DNA of 64,000 nucleotides from a virus: IMG/VR virus record IMGVR_UViG_3300028840_002524, positions 1 to 64,000 of that record; one strand, 5' to 3'. Shown piece by piece: positions 58,757 to 64,000 of this stretch (position 1 is its first letter; each line of letters starts with the position of its first letter). The notes under the pieces were generated by a model. It saw only the letters and a program-made list of their open reading frames with translations, ran no database searches and was not told where the DNA came from. The position numbers and the translations under genes were made by a program.

Positions 58757-59746
58757 ATGAGCGACTACCAGACAACTCGGGGGAACAACCTCGGTATTCA
58801 AACCGAGTACAAGTATGGGCCGTCCCATAGCAAGACGCTCGGGATCTACGAGCTCAATGCCTACGGACCCGCGCTCGCAGCCGAGGTCGGGGTGGACTCT
58901 CGGAACACCACGTACATTCGGATTCTGACCGCGACGCAGCGCCCCTCCACCAACATCCTCGACGTGAGCGGCCTGATCTACGATGACCAGGGCCTCGTGA
59001 TGACCCTCAAAAAGGTCCAGTACGGCCCGTCCGAGAGCGGCCCGTGGACGGATGGAACGATCCTGTCGGCCGACCCGGGCTACAATTTCCCGCCGGGCGC
59101 CGTTCCTGCCGGGACGCCGTACAACGTGCCTGTGGACATCCTCGGCGCCGCCAGCGGCGACAAGTGGTTCCGGATCGAGATGGACTACGATTCGACGACC
59201 ACGGAGCACGTTCAAGGGCCTTTCCCCTTCACGGCCTTTGCGCCGGTGCCGGGGCTTCCCGATTTCCTCACGGTGCCCGAAACAAGCAGGACGGGGGACT
59301 ACCGCATCGAGTGGGGAGCGGGCATCCTCACCGATTACTACGAGCTCGAAGAGGCCACAAACGAGGATTTCACCGACGCCCACCTCGTGGCGACGGGCGT
59401 GGTGTTCGAGTACGAAGTGACCGACAAACCGGACGGGGAGTATTACTACCGCGTCCGTGGGGTGAATGCTTTCAACGTCGGGCCGTGGCTCGTAGGGGAC
59501 AACCCGGTGCAGGTCCTCCCGCCCGAGCCTCCGTCGCTGTTGACGGTGCCCGAGCAGTCCACCACGGGGGCCTACCGTATCTCCTGGACGCCTTCCGAGG
59601 CGGCCGAGTGGTACGAGGTCCAGGAGGACAAGAACCAGTCCTTCCCGAACCCCACTCAAATCTACAGGGGGGAAGGGCTTTTCGTTGACGTGACCGGCCG
59701 CACGGACGGCCGATATTACTACCGCGTGCGGGCAGGGAGAGGCTAA
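58757..59746 (+). CDS. Virion protein with two fibronectin type III-like repeats
   Basis: Two repeats of LTVPE...YRI.W...YE..E....F...YYYRVR. Confidence 0.75.
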   Translation: MSDYQTTRGNNLGIQTEYKYGPSHSKTLGIYELNAYGPALAAEVGVDSRNTTYIRILTATQRPSTNILDVSGLIYDDQGLVMTLKKVQYGPSESGPWTDGTILSADPGYNFPPGAVPAGTPYNVPVDILGAASGDKWFRIEMDYDSTTTEHVQGPFPFTAFAPVPGLPDFLTVPETSRTGDYRIEWGAGILTDYYELEEATNEDFTDAHLVATGVVFEYEVTDKPDGEYYYRVRGVNAFNVGPWLVGDNPVQVLPPEPPSLLTVPEQSTTGAYRISWTPSEAAEWYEVQEDKNQSFPNPTQIYRGEGLFVDVTGRTDGRYYYRVRAGRG

Positions 59747-60972
59747 TGGGAAGCGTAAGCGCATGGGCCTCTGGAACGAACTCCTGTGAGGTACGGCTCA
59801 CACCCGTTCCGGACCTCTACAACCTCCTCCCCCGCGAGATCATCGAGCGAGATCAGGAGACGGGACACGTCACCTACCTCGACTACTGGGATGATCCCGA
59901 GGAGAGCGGGGTCGAGATATGGGATGACGCCGGGGCCATCTGGGACCGGACCGGATACAAGCCCGTGCTCGAATCCCTGTTCTGGGTGATGGAGCAGGAG
60001 AGCCGCGAGGACCTCATCGCCCTGGAGGACCTGGAGGATCTTCGGGACCCGGACAAGTGCCCGGCCGAGTTCCTCCCGGTCTGGATGCGCTCCCTCGGCC
60101 ACGCCGTCGAGGAGGGCCTCTCGGAGACCGCGCAGCGCGAGACTCTCAAGGCCATCATTCCCCTGAACAAGATCCGGGGAAAACCCCTCTCGTACGTGAT
60201 TTTCTTCCGCATGATCGGCTACCGGATCGTCCAGTGGCCCCTGTGGAAAAAGGAGATTCACGAGGCCCAGGACCGCTACGCCCGCTCCCGCTACGAGACG
60301 GTGACGGCCGTGACGGGGGAAGTTCTCGCCACCATCCCGGTGGGGGCGACGGCCCAGTCACCCATCCGCCCTACCTCCTTCCGCTGCACCGATGGCGTGG
60401 AGACATTCCGGGACGATGGAGAGGGGAACCTGATCGGGAACCAGGGCGGCGACGGCTCTATCATTTACGCCACGGGGGTGTACAGGATAAACTTCGATGC
60501 TGGACCGGCGGGCGCCGTCACGGCCGACTACGACCGCGTGGACGATGAGTACCCCTACCACGCGGCCCGAATCGACCTGGACGTGTACATCACCCCGATC
60601 TCGGGACCGCCGCCCACGGTGGTGGACGCCTCCTTCGTGAAGCAAGTGCTGGACCGCCTCGATGAGGTGAACCCCATCCACGTGCTTCTGAGGAACCTGT
60701 CCTTCATCCTCGAAGAATCGGACGAGCTAATCAACTTCGCCAACGACGCGATGATGTGCGGGCCGCACATGGCCGAGGAGGTCATTTCTACTGAGTGGAA
60801 CTTCTTCACGGGAGACCTCGGAGCCGAGGGGGAGGACTCCCATCTGATCATTGATCAGAGCAACGGGTTCCGCTTCTGTATCCTCGACGATCTCGCCAAT
60901 ATCGTGTGCCCGGCGAGCGATATAATGGAAATCACCAGCACCCCCGCGCAGCCGCATGATGGGGTCTGGTAG
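59746..60972 (+). CDS. Baseplate wedge/tail protein (P2 gpI/gp7-like)
   Basis: RDPDKCPAEFLPVW...LG, KIRGK, EVNPIHV. Confidence 0.7.
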   Translation: MGSVSAWASGTNSCEVRLTPVPDLYNLLPREIIERDQETGHVTYLDYWDDPEESGVEIWDDAGAIWDRTGYKPVLESLFWVMEQESREDLIALEDLEDLRDPDKCPAEFLPVWMRSLGHAVEEGLSETAQRETLKAIIPLNKIRGKPLSYVIFFRMIGYRIVQWPLWKKEIHEAQDRYARSRYETVTAVTGEVLATIPVGATAQSPIRPTSFRCTDGVETFRDDGEGNLIGNQGGDGSIIYATGVYRINFDAGPAGAVTADYDRVDDEYPYHAARIDLDVYITPISGPPPTVVDASFVKQVLDRLDEVNPIHVLLRNLSFILEESDELINFANDAMMCGPHMAEEVISTEWNFFTGDLGAEGEDSHLIIDQSNGFRFCILDDLANIVCPASDIMEITSTPAQPHDGVW

Positions 60973-60980
60973 GAGGGACC

Positions 60981-61442
60981 ATGGCAATATCGACAGCGAC
61001 ACCTGAGTACACATTCGACATCCCGGCGACCAAGGCCGCCCTCCTGTCGGCGCTCGTGCGGCAGAACTTCAACGCTCTCGGGAGCCTGAACCTTACGACG
61101 GACGCGGCCTACCCGCCGAATCCTCGCCAGGGGCTCCCGCGCATCCTCGCCACCGACATCACAAACGTGAAGCTCCAGCTTTACTTGAATGGCGCGTGGA
61201 CGGACATTATCCAGCACCTTGAGTCCACGGACCCGGTGCCTCACAAGGTAATCGTGGCTGTCGCCGCCCCCGGCGCGGCCGCGTGGACCATAGACCACAA
61301 CATCGGGAGCAGAGTCATCGCCCAGGCGTATGACGGTGCTTGGAACCTCCTCAGTCCCACGGCCGTGCAGCAGCCGACCGTGAATAGGGTTACATTCAAC
61401 TTCGCCGGGGCTCAGTGGGGCTTCGCCGTCTGCATCGGATAG
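60981..61442 (+). CDS. Putative tail fibre-associated protein
   Basis: AGGAGG RBS; WTIDHNIG...VTFNF beta domain. Confidence 0.55.
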   Translation: MAISTATPEYTFDIPATKAALLSALVRQNFNALGSLNLTTDAAYPPNPRQGLPRILATDITNVKLQLYLNGAWTDIIQHLESTDPVPHKVIVAVAAPGAAAWTIDHNIGSRVIAQAYDGAWNLLSPTAVQQPTVNRVTFNFAGAQWGFAVCIG

Positions 61443-61451
61443 GAGAATGAG

Positions 61452-62315
61452 ATGAGCGACAAGGCACGCAACCGGCTCGCACGGGGCCTCCTGGCCCGGG
61501 TAAAACCGGCCCAACCGAGCAGGCCGAAAGCGGGGAAAAATCTCTTCACGCACGGGGAATCTTCCGATCTCGGACCCACAGCCCGTGGGGAGGTTCGGAT
61601 CACAGCCATCCCGGTGGACCCTGAGACGGGAAAGCCCGTGGGGAAGCCCGAGGTGCTCCACGAGGACAAGAACCTCGTCGTGACGCAGGCCCGTGACCTC
61701 ATGGCTGCGATGGCGGCCGGGGTCGCCAACAGTGCCTTGAATTACATCGAGCTGGGCGATCCCTCCCCCGCAGCAGCCCCGGCCCTGTCAGACACCAACC
61801 TCCAGCAGACCACGGGGCAGCGCAAGGCGTCGGCCCTGGTAGTCACGGGGAACGCGGTCAAGGCCACGTCTCTCTGGCTCGCGGGCGAGGGCAACGGGCT
61901 GACCTACACCGAGGCAGGGCTGTTCACCGGACCCTTCGGCGCAGGCACGATGTTTGCCCGGAAATCCGGGTTCTCCATCGCCAAGACAGCGAGCTTCCAG
62001 CTCCAATTCGAATGGACGATCATCTTCGACGTGCAGGACGCCACGAACTCCGGGTGCACCGGCGTGGCCCTCACGGGTGCTTCCGACCCTGAGCAGCGGT
62101 ACATCTTCATCGGGGCGGGCGGGGAGTCCCAGGTCGTGGTCCCCATTGACTTCGTGATCGGTTCATACCGCCTGGAATTCTTCCTGAACGGCCAGAGGAT
62201 GGTGCCCACCCGGCAGTACAACGAGGCCGCCATCGGGGCGAACAAGGGTGTCAACTTGATCGCGTTCACCCTGAACCTGAACGACGTGTGTTATTTCCGG
62301 TACATCCGGTCGTAG
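61452..62315 (+). CDS. Putative baseplate/tail fibre attachment protein
   Basis: NLVVTQAR, YIELGD, TEAGLF, MFARK, IAKT...EWTIIF. Confidence 0.65.
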   Translation: MSDKARNRLARGLLARVKPAQPSRPKAGKNLFTHGESSDLGPTARGEVRITAIPVDPETGKPVGKPEVLHEDKNLVVTQARDLMAAMAAGVANSALNYIELGDPSPAAAPALSDTNLQQTTGQRKASALVVTGNAVKATSLWLAGEGNGLTYTEAGLFTGPFGAGTMFARKSGFSIAKTASFQLQFEWTIIFDVQDATNSGCTGVALTGASDPEQRYIFIGAGGESQVVVPIDFVIGSYRLEFFLNGQRMVPTRQYNEAAIGANKGVNLIAFTLNLNDVCYFRYIRS

Positions 62316-62324
62316 GAGTAAGCC

Positions 62325-63827
62325 ATGGCACTCGACGATATTCCGCGCAGACAACTCGACATCGCTTTCGCCTCCTGGTTCGAGGTCGAGCCCGAGAGCT
62401 CGGCCCCGTTCAATCAGGTGGAAGTACAGGCCGGGGTGTTCTTCAACCTCGCCACCAAGACGCCGTACGTCATGGCTGCCCAGACCTCGGGCGCGTTCGC
62501 CGTGGTCACGGCTCCGGGACGCTACCGCTACGACCTCGTGTACCTCGACCAGACCGGTGTGGTGCAGATCCAGCAAGGGAACGAGCAGGTCGGCGTCGCC
62601 ACCCCATACACAGGCGCCCCCGGCGACGGCGCGGGCCCGGCCATCGTGGGCACGAGTTTCCCACTGGCCTACGTCCTCATCGAGGAGGACGTGACCGTAG
62701 ACATTCAGTCGGGCGACATCACCGACCTGCGGGGGGTGTTCCAGAACACCCTCAACATGGACGCGACGAACCCGGCCGACGTGGACCTTGCAGCGGCGCC
62801 CGGCTCGGCCGAGATCGCTGCCCGGCGGGATCACGTCCACCAACTCAGCGCAGCCCTCCAGACGGCCCTCGCGGCGCCCTACGACAAGGGGAGCACCCTG
62901 TTCTGGACCATCCGGACGGACCTCCCTGGAAACATCAACGCCCGGAGCATGCACTGGATCCTCCACAAGTTCCAGGGCAGGGCGGCCAACGACCCAAACG
63001 TGTGGTTCAACCTGAACGTGGGCACCGAGGAGGTGCTGGAGCTGTGGCCGGTGGACTTCGGTGGGACCGGGAACAACATTGGCCTCGGGTTCGCCGACGA
63101 CACGGACCCTCTCACCGCCGTTTTCCAGAACGGGTGGGTGTACGTGTACCTGATCGGAAACCCGACCAGCGGCGCGGCCGCGCTCGTGTACTCGACCAAC
63201 GGCCCGAGCGTGGGGCCCGGCCTCACGGACCCCGCATTCGCCGGGTACACCGTGTGGCGTCTGATCACCTGTATCGAGGGCGACGCCGCTGGCGGCGACC
63301 CCGTTGCGATCCCGGCCATGAAGATGGACAACATGGTCATCAAGCAGACGGCCACGGGGGCCACCGGCAGCGGAACGAACGTGGGCGGCCACGTCGAGGG
63401 GCTGCTCTGGACGGCCGGGCTTGTGCCGACGCCTATCAGTGTTGCGGAGCACGTATCACCCATCGGAATCGCTGTGTTCTTCAACCTGTGGGCCTATGCG
63501 GAGAACAATACAGGGGCCGGTACCGGCACTGTCGTGGCGAAGTTCCAACCCGATTTCACAACACCCACTCCCGTTGTCCCGCATCTTGCGTCCATCACGG
63601 ACTGGAATGATGCGTTCAAGCAAATCGAGGTGGTGGCGAACTCGAATGGCAGCTTCAGTGACGAGCACTACGTGTACGACGGATTCTGGATGACCCTCTC
63701 CGAGCTGCGCACGTTCCTCCTGGACATCAACATCAACGGGATCGGCACCGAGGCACTGGGGCTGTCCGTCCTTGCGTACATCGAGGTGAATGACCACGAC
63801 CTGATCGACTTCGACTACACCCTGTAG
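62325..63827 (+). CDS. Putative tail fibre protein
   Basis: AARRDHVH motif typical of fibres; RYDLVYLD N-terminal domain. Confidence 0.6.
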   Translation: MALDDIPRRQLDIAFASWFEVEPESSAPFNQVEVQAGVFFNLATKTPYVMAAQTSGAFAVVTAPGRYRYDLVYLDQTGVVQIQQGNEQVGVATPYTGAPGDGAGPAIVGTSFPLAYVLIEEDVTVDIQSGDITDLRGVFQNTLNMDATNPADVDLAAAPGSAEIAARRDHVHQLSAALQTALAAPYDKGSTLFWTIRTDLPGNINARSMHWILHKFQGRAANDPNVWFNLNVGTEEVLELWPVDFGGTGNNIGLGFADDTDPLTAVFQNGWVYVYLIGNPTSGAAALVYSTNGPSVGPGLTDPAFAGYTVWRLITCIEGDAAGGDPVAIPAMKMDNMVIKQTATGATGSGTNVGGHVEGLLWTAGLVPTPISVAEHVSPIGIAVFFNLWAYAENNTGAGTGTVVAKFQPDFTTPTPVVPHLASITDWNDAFKQIEVVANSNGSFSDEHYVYDGFWMTLSELRTFLLDININGIGTEALGLSVLAYIEVNDHDLIDFDYTL

Positions 63828-63837
63828 GAGCAGGCAG

Positions 63838-64000
63838 ATGCCCGAGAAAAAGAAAGTTCCGCAGCGAAGCAACTCAAAGGCAGAGCTCAAGAAGAGGAGA
63901 AAACTCGTGGAGGACAAGCAGGGCGCCAAGGCCCTGGAAGCCATCGCCATCGCGCAGGGGAAGCGCCCGCGAAAATGTGCCAGCCTCGCGGTGCCTCCCA
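63838..64000 (+). CDS. Partial hypothetical ORF running off the window
   Basis: AGGAG RBS, ATG at 63838, open to the window end. Confidence 0.45.
   Translation, partial: MPEKKKVPQRSNSKAELKKRRKLVEDKQGAKALEAIAIAQGKRPRKCASLAVPP

Overview
This 64-kb, high-GC window is the virion-morphogenesis region of a large T4-like contractile-tailed (myo-type) bacteriophage, probably a large or jumbo phage. All convincing genes are on the + strand. In order: two giant multi-module proteins (4019 aa and 2049 aa), ParB-like proteins (one fused to a HExxH metallopeptidase), a gp21-like prohead protease fused to a long scaffold-like region, a gp23-like major capsid protein, a small Lys-rich protein, a radical SAM enzyme, a gp13-like neck protein, a ~10-kb accessory block (collagen-like fibre, permuted NlpC/P60 enzyme, glycosyltransferases, methyltransferases), then gp14/gp15-like, sheath, tube, chaperone, tape measure, baseplate and fibre genes. 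No portal, terminase, replication, rRNA, tRNA or CRISPR features were seen. The main candidate for an undescribed system is a protease-processed head-cargo polyprotein. The giant ORFs are strings of short unrelated modules (ADP-ribosyltransferase-like, zeta-toxin-like kinase, SH3-like, Zn ribbons) separated by recurring [V/L/I]-x-E-[S/A/G] linkers. These match the Glu-specific cleavage motif of T4-type prohead proteases. Other observations: a six-copy 18-bp palindrome, one beta-rich module reused in six structural proteins including the capsid protein, a likely +1 frameshift before the tape measure gene, and a possible virion-glycosylation cassette. All functional calls come from motif recognition by eye; no database searches were run.
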